Positions 1-9,757 of a stretch of DNA of 64,000 nucleotides are shown one piece after another. How positions within the stretch are numbered: the first letter of the stretch is position 1; each line of letters starts with the position of its first letter. The stretch is from a virus: positions 2,517-66,516 of the IMG/VR virus record IMGVR_UViG_3300042387_002461. One strand, written 5' to 3'. Both the position numbers and the translations under genes were made by a program. The notes under the pieces are model-generated. The model was given only the letters and a program-made list of their open reading frames with translations, did not search any database and had not been told where the DNA came from.

Positions 1-163
1 AATCGTTCTTCGAAAGCATTGTCTTTACATCAATCTTCAAGTGCTCTGAAAGCGTTCTTGAAGAGCAAGTCGGACACTTGGCAGGAACTGCTCTACCATT
101 ATACAAAACAGGATTCTTTGGATACTTGTTATTCCAATGTGCTTCTAATTCTTCAGGAGTCAT
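1..163 (-). CDS. hypothetical protein, 3' truncated by window edge (MTPEELEAHWNNKYPKNP...CPTC)
   Basis: Open frame from ATG 163 to window edge, preceded by late-type GATAAGTA 5 nt upstream; CxxC motif. Confidence 0.6.
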   Translation of the reverse strand, partial: MTPEELEAHWNNKYPKNPVLYNGRAVPAKCPTCSSRTLSEHLKIDVKTMLSKND

Positions 164-177
164 GCAATTACTTATCA

Positions 178-216
178 AAAAGGGAAAGGAGAGATCTTTT
201 TTGAATCTCTCCTTTC
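178..216 (-). terminator. intrinsic terminator
   Basis: GAAAGGAGAGAT/ATCTCTCCTTTC stem followed on minus strand by CCTTTT, just after 239..709. Confidence 0.7.
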
Positions 217-238
217 TTCTGTGTTATGAACAACGAAT

Positions 239-709
239 TTATTTTACAGGCACTGCTTTATAAAAAACAAAATTGTTTGGAATTTTTTCGTGGCGCTGTT
301 GTTGCTCTGTTGGTTCGATGCGAACAATTTTAAAATCATTAAATTTGCCAGAGAAGGTTTGACCTTCTAGTACCTTTGGGTCGCTCAGCAAGCTTGTAAT
401 ATCTTTGAACTTTCTCTTTGCAAATATACTGTCACTGGATCCAAGAGCTGGACCAGAGAATACCCAAAGGATTTTTCCTTTTCTTTCCATAATGTCATTC
501 TTGAAAGCATAATCAATAGAGGAGTATTTGCTGTCTCTTTCATTTAGACCAGCATTTCGTTCTTGGTTTCGGAGAACAGGAAGAGTGTCTTCAGGTTCTT
601 TAGGTTCTGGACGCTCTATATAACCCTGCACGTTTGGAAGAGTGATGGTTGGAGTTTCTTCGTTAATTTTGCGAAGAGTAGCGGATACAAGTTTGTCGAA
701 TTTTGTCAT
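239..709 (-). CDS. hypothetical late protein, putative internal head protein
   Basis: TAAATA upstream; N-terminus MTKFDKLVSATLRKINE of the CTS-like class. Confidence 0.6.
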   Translation of the reverse strand: MTKFDKLVSATLRKINEETPTITLPNVQGYIERPEPKEPEDTLPVLRNQERNAGLNERDSKYSSIDYAFKNDIMERKGKILWVFSGPALGSSDSIFAKRKFKDITSLLSDPKVLEGQTFSGKFNDFKIVRIEPTEQQQRHEKIPNNFVFYKAVPVK

Positions 710-723
710 ACTATTTTATTTAA

Positions 724-1017
724 TCAAACTCTTCCAATAATTCGTTCTTCAGAATGAGCAATAGCACTAATCACATCTGCAGCACGCTTTGATATATTAT
801 CAATATCAAACACGGAATAATTTGCAGCAAGTCCTTGCAAGTCGTCATTGAGCTCTTGTAGAAGAGCCAGAGGACCTTGGCGAGGATCTTGCTCTGTATT
901 GATTTGTTCAGAAGCAATTCTATATTCCATCAACAAAGTATCAATAATCTTTTCTAGAGTATTAAGGCTCTGTTTTGTTTCTCCAACTAGGTTGTGTATA
1001 GTGTAGGGTTTGTTCAT
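724..1017 (-). CDS. hypothetical protein
   Basis: 97 aa ORF in tight minus-strand operon. Confidence 0.7.
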   Translation of the reverse strand: MNKPYTIHNLVGETKQSLNTLEKIIDTLLMEYRIASEQINTEQDPRQGPLALLQELNDDLQGLAANYSVFDIDNISKRAADVISAIAHSEERIIGRV

Positions 1018-1155
1018 AAAGGTTTCTTTAAATTTTGCTGAAGTTTTTGAAGTTCTTTGAGAGCTTTCTTATATTCTACAGAATCGGTCTCGTGCTGATC
1101 AAGAACATCACAGACCTTCGAAACTGCTTCTTTAAGTTCCTTCTTCGTCATTTTG

Positions 1156-1698
1156 TTAGATCTTAGAGCTTTTTTGATTTAGCTCAACAGTAATTCCGTT
1201 CTCAATAAACTCTTGCACTTCCTCATCAATAATTGCTCCTCCGTTATGAACAATGCTAACAACTTCTTTATAAATCTTAAAAGCCTGCCTCTCAAAGAAT
1301 GCATTAGCTTTTTCGATGCCCATTTGCTCATACCAACATTGAATCTGAGGAAATTGAGGGGAAGCATGAAAGATACATCCATTATGAAAGTTCCCAAGCC
1401 AGCAAATCATAAAGATTCCTCCCTTGACTCCTTTCTCTCTGCACATAAACTCCCAACACACTGCACGCTCTTCAGAAGGAAGATTCTTATAACGATTCAG
1501 AGTTGTGTCATACTTTCCGTCTAAAAAGATAATCGAGCGCCCTTTCTTTGTAACAAATTCTTTAAGAGCCGGCACATTGCTATCATCCATATAGGCTCCA
1601 CGAATTGTTGGCCACTTAACTTTCTCTTTCCTTATTGAAAAGAACGGAGACGTTAGCTTGCGGCGATTCATTGAAATCTTCTTTTGAGGTTTGTCCAT
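1156..1698 (-). CDS. hypothetical protein
   Basis: 180 aa ORF directly behind a TTGACCTGTCC promoter. Confidence 0.75.
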   Translation of the reverse strand: MDKPQKKISMNRRKLTSPFFSIRKEKVKWPTIRGAYMDDSNVPALKEFVTKKGRSIIFLDGKYDTTLNRYKNLPSEERAVCWEFMCREKGVKGGIFMICWLGNFHNGCIFHASPQFPQIQCWYEQMGIEKANAFFERQAFKIYKEVVSIVHNGGAIIDEEVQEFIENGITVELNQKSSKI

Positions 1699-1742
1699 GC
1701 CAAGAAGATTATAGAACTTTTAAGGACAGGTCAATAAAAGAT

Positions 1743-2165
1743 TCAACGCTTATTAGGTTGAATGTATTTGTCTAAAAAATCTCCACCATTGCCAACCATT
1801 TCAGCAGCCCTTATCTTTTGTATTTGCTGCGGAGTAAGGCTTTCGATTCGTTTCAAATATTCTGCTACTGTTATATTATCAATCGTATGGCTTGGATTGC
1901 TTGCAACCATTTTAGAAAATGCTGCATGCTTTTTCTTTAAGAACTCGTCTCTTGGTCCAAGTTTACTTAGGAAGTCGCTTTTAGAAGCCTTTGCTTCGAT
2001 CGGAACAGGTTGTTGAGTCTTTGAACAAGAATCATCCTTACAAGCAGCACCGCCAAGAGCAATTGCTCCAGCAGCGAGAGCACCCTTCACGCCATTCCAA
2101 TTCAATTCGCTCAAAAGAATTTCGTTATAAGCTTCTTCAAGTAGGATTTGGTCTTTTGATTTCAT
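1743..2165 (-). CDS. MKSKDQxLLEEAY-family protein with internal hydrophobic/lipobox-like segment
   Basis: MKSKDQILLEEAY then KGALAAGAIALGGAAC. Confidence 0.8.
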   Translation of the reverse strand: MKSKDQILLEEAYNEILLSELNWNGVKGALAAGAIALGGAACKDDSCSKTQQPVPIEAKASKSDFLSKLGPRDEFLKKKHAAFSKMVASNPSHTIDNITVAEYLKRIESLTPQQIQKIRAAEMVGNGGDFLDKYIQPNKR

Positions 2166-2920
2166 TTTTGTTGAGTGAGCAATTTAGACAAGAATTGTAG
2201 TTCTTGGGAAAGTTTAGTTGCAGTGAATTGAGCTGCCCCTGCACCAGTCGGACCTGCCGAGCTACCCATCGATTTAGTCAACCACCCTAAAAGTCCTCTA
2301 ATTCTCTCCTTTGTTGACCCTTGTACTTTGGCGTCTAGCGATTTAAGCATATTGAGCGCCGTTTCTATATTTCTCTGTTGAGGCATACGTTTATTCAGAA
2401 GATCATTGCTTAAGCGACTTAGTTCTAGAGCAAACCGCTTTTGATCGAAACTCGTGCCGGATGCAGGAGCTGGTTTACTAACAGCAGCAGGAGTCTGTTT
2501 AGCGAACTGTCGAGTTTGAGGCAATTGCTGCTTATTGTTAGGAGATTGCTGGGTTGCAGAAGAGGCACTAGCATTTATTTTGCCAAGTGCTTGAAAGGTG
2601 TCGATAGTTCTCTTTATTTGAGAAGTGGGAGCACCCACTCCAGAGGAGTATTTGTCTGCATCAGTAGGGTTGTATTGCGTCTCAAGACTTTTTTGTAAAG
2701 ACAATAGAGCATTTATTACCTCCTGCGTTTTTTCTGCCTCGTACACGTTCCATAGATCTAACGTATCGCTCCATTGTGTGTACAAACTTTTTACTGAAGG
2801 AGATTGTCTCATGCTTGCATCCAAAGCAGACATGGACTTTGTAATTTTGTCTATTGCAGACTTATTATTCACAATTTGCCCGTAAGCTTCTTCTAACAAT
2901 GTTTGGTCTTTGGACTTCAT
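2162..2920 (-). CDS. MKSKDQxLLEEAY-family protein (putative internal head protein)
   Basis: AATAAATAAACTCATG start context; shared N-terminus. Confidence 0.8.
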   Translation of the reverse strand: MKSKDQTLLEEAYGQIVNNKSAIDKITKSMSALDASMRQSPSVKSLYTQWSDTLDLWNVYEAEKTQEVINALLSLQKSLETQYNPTDADKYSSGVGAPTSQIKRTIDTFQALGKINASASSATQQSPNNKQQLPQTRQFAKQTPAAVSKPAPASGTSFDQKRFALELSRLSNDLLNKRMPQQRNIETALNMLKSLDAKVQGSTKERIRGLLGWLTKSMGSSAGPTGAGAAQFTATKLSQELQFLSKLLTQQK

Positions 2921-2943
2921 GAGTTTATTTATTATAAATTTGT

Positions 2944-3231
2944 TTAGTACTTTAGTCTTGCAAGAATGTCTCTATTCTTTTCCATGATCTCTGTTAGGAT
3001 TTCTATACAAACGTCTCCCCATTGTTGACGTGACACCTCGCCCTTTTCATATTTCTTAAAAGTATTCCAGAAATTTCTTACATGTATTGATTCAATTCGG
3101 GACGGAACTTGATCTTCAGGGTGATGTTCGCTATCTTCTTCTGCTTCCTGTGGGTTAAAAAACTTATCTAAAATTCCTTCAGTAATGTTTTTATAAGCTT
3201 CTTCTAATAGTGTTTGGTCTTTTGATTTCAT
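2944..3231 (-). CDS. MKSKDQxLLEEAY-family protein
   Basis: Start corrected to ATG 3231 (TAAATAAACTTATG); shared N-terminus. Confidence 0.8.
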   Translation of the reverse strand: MKSKDQTLLEEAYKNITEGILDKFFNPQEAEEDSEHHPEDQVPSRIESIHVRNFWNTFKKYEKGEVSRQQWGDVCIEILTEIMEKNRDILARLKY

Positions 3232-3239
3232 AAGTTTAT

Positions 3240-3491
3240 TTAAGCTTTCTTCCAAGAAATTCTCTTTGAACCTTTCTTCTTTCTCATTGAATAAGTGCAT
3301 TGAGCCATTGTTGGCCTGCATGCTGGATAACCTTTTCGCTTTTCTCCTTTTTGCCTACCACAAGGCTTTCCTGACTTACAATCAACCCAACCCTTCCCTT
3401 TGTTGCTCGAGAACCAACCATGCAGTCCTTGTTCCTTCTCTGCCTTGAAGGCTTCTTCTAACAATTCTAAGACCAGACTTTGAAAGTTCAT
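3240..3491 (-). CDS. small basic Cys-containing late protein (GLHGWF...WVDC...PCGR...YPACRP)
   Basis: Start at 3491 by ATGA overlap; motif resembles small conserved proteins of T4-like phages. Confidence 0.7.
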   Translation of the reverse strand: MNFQSLVLELLEEAFKAEKEQGLHGWFSSNKGKGWVDCKSGKPCGRQKGEKRKGYPACRPTMAQCTYSMRKKKGSKRISWKKA

Positions 3492-3643
3492 TTCTTTTTC
3501 CAGATCTTTCCTTTTCTGCACTTTACTACAGCACCAGATTTATAAGCACTGGTCTTCTTGCCATATGCTTCATCAGCCTTTCGCAAGCAGCGGTCTCTCT
3601 TAACTTTTTCAAGAATAAAGTTTACAAGGTCATCAAATTGCAT
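3488..3643 (-). CDS. small basic late protein, 51 aa (MQFDDLVNFILEKVKRDRCLRK...SAYKSGAVVKCRKG)
   Basis: Not in ORF track; GATAAATA promoter; ATGA-coupled to next gene. Confidence 0.7.
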   Translation of the reverse strand: MQFDDLVNFILEKVKRDRCLRKADEAYGKKTSAYKSGAVVKCRKGKIWKKK

Positions 3644-3651
3644 GAACTTAT

Positions 3652-3891
3652 TTATCGATCTTCCTCAATCATCTGACTCAGAAACTTATTAACACGAACC
3701 ATTGCTCCCAATTCCTTTTGATAACCTTCGAAGTCTTGCAAGGCTTCAATCATTGTTAGTTCTCCTTCTCTATACATTTCAACAATCTCTTGTAAATGCT
3801 CGTTTGGTAGTTCATCAATCGGAACAACATTCAGCAGAAAAAGTTTAGTTTGTTCAATTGCAATTACTTCATGCGCTTCGTTATTTGTCAT
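3652..3891 (-). CDS. hypothetical protein
   Basis: 79 aa acidic ORF in operon. Confidence 0.65.
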   Translation of the reverse strand: MTNNEAHEVIAIEQTKLFLLNVVPIDELPNEHLQEIVEMYREGELTMIEALQDFEGYQKELGAMVRVNKFLSQMIEEDR

Positions 3892-4098
3892 CAGAAAATT
3901 ATTCTTCTTTTTGAGACATTGTCACGAACGGAATCCATATCTCTTCTCCGTGGAGCAACACATCTAGACCATAAAAGTCTACATTAGTCACAGTCCCTTC
4001 TTGTATTCCGTCTTCATTGCGCCAACGGACTTTATCTCCCACCTTATACTTCAGCGTTTCTGGATTGTTATACATAATTTTAAAAGTGCTTCTAATGA

Positions 4099-4338
4099 CT
4101 AAACCGGAACAACTTCGTCAAACACTCCGCAATCTTTCCAGAATTGTTTAGAAAAAGTTAGTCCCCAAGTATTGTTTCTAATCTTAATTCCTTTAAAGGT
4201 CATGTCTCTTGTCTCTTTGTTCCGCACCATGAAGGTTATATCGTCCACTTCAATAAGATGATTTGCTTTCTGAGCCTTGTTCAGAAGATCCTTTGTGAAG
4301 GCACTCGAGCAAAGCTTGACAAATGTGTTGTCCATCAA
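4099..4338 (-). CDS. hypothetical protein, paralog of 10620..10862
   Basis: Similar layout NTF/NSF...MVR...F.GI......W...FS...W. Confidence 0.7.
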   Translation of the reverse strand: MMDNTFVKLCSSAFTKDLLNKAQKANHLIEVDDITFMVRNKETRDMTFKGIKIRNNTWGLTFSKQFWKDCGVFDEVVPV

Positions 4339-4385
4339 AGAAGTCTCCGCTATCTTTCGATAGACTTCAACAGACTATTTCTTGC

Positions 4386-4586
4386 TTATTCTCCTCCGCC
4401 ATCGCCGCCACCTTCTGATCCTGCTCCGACATCATGAAGACTGTTATCATATCCTCCCCAGTAGCCCCAAGGTCCCCACGGCCAACCTTTAACAGATTTG
4501 TTTGATCTCTTCCTTTTCTTGGATTTTTTCTTAGTCTTTGCTTCTTGCAGAATGGATTCGCACAACTGATCAAACTTTGGAGTCAT
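4386..4586 (-). CDS. small late protein, basic then Gly/Trp-rich
   Basis: AATAAATAAGTTCATG; MTPKFDQLCESILQE N-terminus. Confidence 0.65.
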   Translation of the reverse strand: MTPKFDQLCESILQEAKTKKKSKKRKRSNKSVKGWPWGPWGYWGGYDNSLHDVGAGSEGGGDGGGE

Positions 4587-4851
4587 GAACTTATTTATTC
4601 AAATCAGAATCACTTCAATATCAGAACAACAATCTTTCTGATCATCTGACAAACCTTTCCAAACAATTTGACGAGCTTCTTTCTCGCTCTGCGCTTCTAC
4701 AAAGCGAATTAGTTCTCTTCCCGTTCCAAACTCAATAATTACTTCGTAATGATTCATATTTAAAATACTCTCTTTTTGTGGGTTTCTATGATATGATTAA
4801 AGATACTTCAAGACAACAACAAAAAGTAAACAATTTTAGTTAAATAGTATT

Positions 4852-6303
4852 ATGGCTATCATCAATCAATATCTCAGCACACTTACATATAGTGATCCGA
4901 CAACTGCAACACTTCAAAAAATCTTTGAAGAAGATATTCTCGGAGACAGCGCTGATACTTACTTTGAAGTTCCTCTTCCCTTTCCGATTAGTTATTTTGG
5001 AAACTCCTACAATTCTGTATTTGTTTCTTCTAATGGTTATATTACTTTTGGAGAAGGTTCGGGCAGCACTCCTGACTGGGCACAAGACTTAATGGAAGAC
5101 CATACTCCTTTTGTTTCTGTTGCAGCAGGTGATGATAGAATTAAGGAGCTCTGGGCAACAAACTCTGAACTCTCTGCAGACGCTGAGGAATTTCGCATAA
5201 GATTCAACGGCTGGTATCCTTATAATATTGAAGGTTATGGCGACGAACCGCCTACTCCTACAAATCTTACCTACGACCTTACTTTTTATAAAAACTTGCC
5301 AGAGCAGATCGATCTTCAGATTATCTCTCAGCCTGTTACAGGAATTGATGTCGAAGTCTTCAGAGATCAAGAATTTATCCCAAATGTTATTGTCAGCGAA
5401 GGCTTCTCAATACTTGCGCTTGCAGACAATGCTGCAGAGCAAGGGTTCAGAATTACTGCCAGCCTTCCAATTTCTTATCCTTACTTGAGCGGACTCAATG
5501 GCGTGCTCTATAATGGTTACTTTGAAGGTAATCCAGAGTTCTTCAAGACAGCCACTAGAGAAGGAACAACTGAAGCAAGAAATACTTTCAACGGACTCAG
5601 TGAAACCGTTGATGCTTCTTGGCAATGGACTGGATATCTCCTTTCTCCTGAAACCAATTATTATTCCTTTAATGGCAATTCCGAACATGCTTTCTGTATG
5701 TGGCTTGGTGCATCTGCTCTTGAAGCAAACTATTCATCTTCGAATATGCTTGTATCTGCAGACAATTATCAAGACTTTAATACAAGAGAAGAAAGAGTAA
5801 CATTTGCTGGATATACTCAATCAACTAATGAATTCACATTTGCTCCAGAAGTCAGCGCAAAGTTCTCTTATCTGTCTGCTGGTTCAAGAGTTGCTGGTTA
5901 TAGTCAAGTAACCGATACGAACTTTGTTCTTACTGTTGCTTCCAGAGACACCGTTACTGGAACAATCTCTGCCACCACAGACGTTATTGGACAAGATGAT
6001 ATTGGAAACGCGGACAGCTGTCTTAAAATTCCAAAAGGCATTCTTCTTCAAGGAGGAGAGTACTATCCGATCAGAATTCAATGGGGCCATCCTCCAGAAC
6101 CAACTGGAGCCAATCTTTACATAAACTTCCGCCAACTAGATGGTTACGATCCCGAGACTGGAGAAACTTATGATACAAATTCTACATCAGATTGGACCGG
6201 TCTAGCTTGGAGAGATCCAGAAACTGACGGACCAGAAAGAATCTGGAACATCTATGGAGGAATTAGCAATTACTTGAGACTCAGACTACTTGGTCACTTC
6301 TAA
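4852..6303 (+). CDS. putative virion-surface adhesin with PA14-like carbohydrate-binding domain
   Basis: GLNGVLYNGYF...SWQWTGYL...YSF...MWLG...GEYYPIRIQWG is PA14-like; N-terminal LPFPISYFGNSY..VFVSSNGYITF resembles nidogen-type domain; TAAATA promoter. Confidence 0.7.
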   Translation: MAIINQYLSTLTYSDPTTATLQKIFEEDILGDSADTYFEVPLPFPISYFGNSYNSVFVSSNGYITFGEGSGSTPDWAQDLMEDHTPFVSVAAGDDRIKELWATNSELSADAEEFRIRFNGWYPYNIEGYGDEPPTPTNLTYDLTFYKNLPEQIDLQIISQPVTGIDVEVFRDQEFIPNVIVSEGFSILALADNAAEQGFRITASLPISYPYLSGLNGVLYNGYFEGNPEFFKTATREGTTEARNTFNGLSETVDASWQWTGYLLSPETNYYSFNGNSEHAFCMWLGASALEANYSSSNMLVSADNYQDFNTREERVTFAGYTQSTNEFTFAPEVSAKFSYLSAGSRVAGYSQVTDTNFVLTVASRDTVTGTISATTDVIGQDDIGNADSCLKIPKGILLQGGEYYPIRIQWGHPPEPTGANLYINFRQLDGYDPETGETYDTNSTSDWTGLAWRDPETDGPERIWNIYGGISNYLRLRLLGHF

Positions 6304-6503
6304 AAATACTTCAAGACAACAAAAGATTGCTTCTGTTCACCTTTCCATAAGAAAGTTAGAAGGTCTCTGCCTGAAGAATCTTCTTCACAGTTCAGAGTCT
6401 CTATGTTCTTTACAGGAACACACCTTCCTTCAACAATAACACAAGGAACTTGTTCAGGAAACCAGTTCTTCGATGAGTAATAATCTTTCTCTGGCTTTGT
6501 CAT
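6300..6503 (-). CDS. hypothetical protein, paralog of 7700..7882
   Basis: Shared VPCV...ED..G.DL.TF...G...QS. Confidence 0.7.
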   Translation of the reverse strand: MTKPEKDYYSSKNWFPEQVPCVIVEGRCVPVKNIETLNCEEDSSGRDLLTFLWKGEQKQSFVVLKYF

Positions 6504-6846
6504 TTATTAGCAAAATTTCTTAATCAAATATATAACGCCGACCCAAAAGCCAATGCATCCACACAAACCTGCTAACAAAACTTTTCCTCTAAAAGACATA
6601 ATCTTCCTTTCTAATTTAGAATTGCTACCCTATTATGAATTATTGGATGCAAGTCTGGATCATTATTATTAGCTCGAATAAATTCTCGTGCCTCTTCTTC
6701 TGTCATAATCTTAGCGAAAGATGGTCTGCAAGCAATAGATAATAAGAGCTCCGAAAACTATTCCAGAAAGGAAGAGTTGCAAGCAATCAATATGTGATGT
6801 TTTGTTTTTGTTCATAATTCAAATGTAGGACATGAAGCAGGACTTG

Positions 6847-7047
6847 TCAACAAACCTTTGAAAAGAATTTGGAAACTTTTCTTGTAAGCCACATAGGAAT
6901 AAGCTTATAAGATCGATCAAGATCTTCAAAGCTTCTCTCACAAGAGGGACAAATTGGCTCTCTAGAACGATCTTCTAAAGAATTGTTCCTTCTGCCTTTT
7001 CTTTTACAGACCTTGCAGACATATCGCCTTGAAGGAAGTTTGTTCAT
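6847..7047 (-). CDS. small Zn-ribbon protein
   Basis: CKVC...CPSC; start corrected to ATG 7047. Confidence 0.55.
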   Translation of the reverse strand: MNKLPSRRYVCKVCKRKGRRNNSLEDRSREPICPSCERSFEDLDRSYKLIPMWLTRKVSKFFSKVC

Positions 7048-7052
7048 CGATT

Positions 7053-7289
7053 TCAAACAATCCGAGCAGTCTTCACAGAACCTTCGAGAGGTCGAAAGAA
7101 GTAGCAATGATTAGAGTCAGAATTCCACCCACTGAAGACAAAGTCTTTTCCATCAAACTTCAGAACCTTCTTTGTGAGCTTCTTAACTTCATCCCAACCA
7201 TCTACATCAATCTCTAGAAACTCCCTCCGAACATCCGGACGAATTGAATGACGGACTGATAACTCTTCAGTAATTGTTGCTTTCTTCAT
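7053..7289 (-). CDS. hypothetical early protein
   Basis: Behind TTGACTTGTCC promoter. Confidence 0.75.
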   Translation of the reverse strand: MKKATITEELSVRHSIRPDVRREFLEIDVDGWDEVKKLTKKVLKFDGKDFVFSGWNSDSNHCYFFRPLEGSVKTARIV

Positions 7290-7333
7290 TACTCAAAAGC
7301 ATCCTCGAGAGACTCGGACAAGTCAACAAAAGT

Positions 7334-7681
7334 TTATTTCATCTTTTCTTCTCTGCAAGCCTTAACATCCTTCTTGCATTCGCTAGCAGATTTAAACTTG
7401 CCAGCAAGCTTTGGAAAGATCTCTTCAATCTTTTCTAGTGCACAGTCTTTAATAATTACTGTATAACGACCTTGAGAATCTTGAGAAACCGAAAATACTT
7501 TGCTGCAGCTCTTAACCTTATCCATTACTTCTTCGGATTGATTAACAAATTGACCTTTTGCAAGCTTCTTGATAAGATCTCCGCAGTCTTGAACTTCTTT
7601 TTCAATAGAACTATTGCTATCTTTCTTTTCGAGAATTGATTGATAGGCTTCTTCTAAGAGTGTTTGGTCTTTTGATTTCAT
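7334..7681 (-). CDS. MKSKDQxLLEEAY-family protein
   Basis: TAAGTA promoter; shared N-terminus. Confidence 0.8.
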   Translation of the reverse strand: MKSKDQTLLEEAYQSILEKKDSNSSIEKEVQDCGDLIKKLAKGQFVNQSEEVMDKVKSCSKVFSVSQDSQGRYTVIIKDCALEKIEEIFPKLAGKFKSASECKKDVKACREEKMK

Positions 7682-7699
7682 ATGGGTTACTTAATCAAA

Positions 7700-7882
7700 T
7701 TAATAAGCTGGTCGAGAAGTAATTCGAGATTGCATCTCTTTGCCTTCATAGATAAAAGTCATAAGATCATATCCCTGAAAGTCTTCCGAGATGTCAACGA
7801 ACTCTACCTTGTCAGTAGCAATCCATTCTCCATCTCCGACGTGCACACAAGGAACAGTCTCCATAAAGTATTCGTCTTTCAT
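7700..7882 (-). CDS. hypothetical protein, paralog of 6300..6503
   Basis: Sequence similarity; TAATATG coupling. Confidence 0.7.
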   Translation of the reverse strand: MKDEYFMETVPCVHVGDGEWIATDKVEFVDISEDFQGYDLMTFIYEGKEMQSRITSRPAY

Positions 7883-7883
7883 A

Positions 7884-8231
7884 TTATTTGTTTTTTTTTT
7901 GGTAGAAGTCATGGTAAACTTTATAAGCTGCTACTTGACCTTTCAAGACGCTTAATTCTGCATGCGACCACTTTAGCAATTCATTACGGTCCTTTTCAAG
8001 GCTGCGACATTTTTCTTCAAGTGCTTCTGTGTATCCGATTGCAGAAGGATCTCCTGCCCATTTATTTTTCAAAGCATCTGTCTCCGGTGTGTCTCCTAGC
8101 GCTACTGGATAGTATTCTCTCATTGTGTTCCTAAAACTTTCCTTTAGGGAACTTGTATCTAGCGTATTGGTGGGCGAAGAAAAGAACTTCGCTACAGGAT
8201 TGTCTTCTCCTTTAGTTATTTCGATTATCAT
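7884..8231 (-). CDS. hypothetical protein
   Basis: Likely start MIIEITKGED at 8231. Confidence 0.6.
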   Translation of the reverse strand: MIIEITKGEDNPVAKFFSSPTNTLDTSSLKESFRNTMREYYPVALGDTPETDALKNKWAGDPSAIGYTEALEEKCRSLEKDRNELLKWSHAELSVLKGQVAAYKVYHDFYQKKNK

Positions 8232-8721
8232 TTCGCTCCTCCAATGCTTCGCGAGCAATGTTGCCCATCGTTCTCCAGTCCTCGTAAGTATCTTCTCCAT
8301 CAACGAAGACTGTCTCAATCTTTGATAACGCTTCGAACAGTTCGTTACGCTCGCGTTCTGCTTGAGCCCATCCTTCCAAGGCTTTCGTGTGCGCTTCATC
8401 GTAGATGTGTGCAGATTTCAGTGCTACATCTCTTGCGCTAATCGCCTCATCTCGCTCTTTATAAACACGCTCGAGTTCTTCATATTGCGCGTTTGAAAAG
8501 TTATTCATGTCTTTGATTTGCTTTTCGAGACTCTCGATTCGCTCTGCAAAAATTCGCATTGCTGCCTCGGATACATCTTCTTTTCCTTGACAGTGCTCAG
8601 ACAAATTATAAGCTGCTCGCCCGTATTCCGACGAATTTTCAGGATCTTTAATAGGGCTACACTCTAGTAAAGCAAAAGCTCTACATAAAGCTAGCTCTGA
8701 TGTTGCATTTGTATCACTCAT
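8212..8721 (-). CDS. hypothetical coiled-coil protein
   Basis: Start MSDTNAT by ATGA overlap; ERDEA-type heptads. Confidence 0.65.
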   Translation of the reverse strand: MSDTNATSELALCRAFALLECSPIKDPENSSEYGRAAYNLSEHCQGKEDVSEAAMRIFAERIESLEKQIKDMNNFSNAQYEELERVYKERDEAISARDVALKSAHIYDEAHTKALEGWAQAERERNELFEALSKIETVFVDGEDTYEDWRTMGNIAREALEERNDNRNN

Positions 8722-8927
8722 TTCGTGCCCTCCAAAGCATCCCATAGCTTTTTCCTGAACTCGTTCCGCGCTCGCTCCTCCGCCATCCAATCACGAGCGT
8801 CCGCTACATTTGGTGTAGCTTTCAAGACACCCTTTGTCATACGGATAGCTGTAAGAATAGCGTCACAATCATCTAATCGTGTATCTTTCTCGAGCAAGAC
8901 TGTTATTGTGTTTATTCTGTCACTCAT
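8718..8927 (-). CDS. hypothetical protein
   Basis: ATGA-coupled both sides. Confidence 0.7.
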   Translation of the reverse strand: MSDRINTITVLLEKDTRLDDCDAILTAIRMTKGVLKATPNVADARDWMAEERARNEFRKKLWDALEGTK

Positions 8928-9355
8928 TTTGCAATCTCCTTCACTTCAATAATATATGGATATTCTTGAAAGTACCAATTAAGAATCTTATTGCCTTTAA
9001 TCTTAATAGTATACTTCTCTCCTACTTTCAGACTACTATAGATCTCATCACTATTCCAAATCTGGATAGGAAACATAAGGTTTGATACTTCATAGACTCC
9101 CTTATCGGTTCCTACCATATAGTGAGAAGACTCTCCTCCATCTACATATAACCTCTCAATGGTTATAACTTGTTCCTCTTCTGGACCAAAGCCATTCACT
9201 CCATATGCATAATCAATAGCTACAAATGGAAGATACATTGCCAGTACCATTATGGTAGCAGCTACCGTTGCTCCTAGAAAGATGAATATAGGATGACATT
9301 GAATAGCCCAATCAATTAGTCTATCGATTAGTGGTTCTTTTTTATTCATATTCAT
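8924..9355 (-). CDS. membrane-anchored protein (DUF1523-like)
   Basis: N-terminal TM helix; YMVGTDKGVYE...NSDEIYSSLKVGEKY...YPYII. Confidence 0.55.
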   Translation of the reverse strand: MNMNKKEPLIDRLIDWAIQCHPIFIFLGATVAATIMVLAMYLPFVAIDYAYGVNGFGPEEEQVITIERLYVDGGESSHYMVGTDKGVYEVSNLMFPIQIWNSDEIYSSLKVGEKYTIKIKGNKILNWYFQEYPYIIEVKEIAK

Positions 9356-9542
9356 GTTTTATAACTCCTTTAAGTGACACTGCACCGCAAACACTGCAGT
9401 CAATATCTTCCAAGGCATCAATTAGTTTAGAGATTGCTGTAGCTTCTGGATGCTTATCAAGATGAGCAATCTTCGCAGCAGCTACCAAAGCGTCATGTGC
9501 CTGTTCGAAGCAACACATTAGTTCGTACTCAGTCGTTGTCAT
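9342..9542 (-). CDS. hypothetical protein
   Basis: ATGA-coupled ORF. Confidence 0.6.
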   Translation of the reverse strand: MTTTEYELMCCFEQAHDALVAAAKIAHLDKHPEATAISKLIDALEDIDCSVCGAVSLKGVIKHEYE

Positions 9543-9757
9543 TGATTCTCCTCTAGCCACTTCTTCTCTTCTTCGATTATTCCCTTGAGCTGTTTAGTAG
9601 TTTGTTTCAAGACATCTAGCTCATATCCTTGTAGTTGGAGTTTCTGTAGAGTCTCATATATGGCCCCGATAAGGTACTGATGGCCTTGATTCAAACCACA
9701 AACCTGACTAGCCCTTTCGTCTAAGGCCCCCAGGTAGTCTTTAATAATGTCGTTCAT
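9539..9757 (-). CDS. hypothetical early protein
   Basis: Behind TTGACTTGTCC promoter. Confidence 0.7.
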   Translation of the reverse strand: MNDIIKDYLGALDERASQVCGLNQGHQYLIGAIYETLQKLQLQGYELDVLKQTTKQLKGIIEEEKKWLEENQ

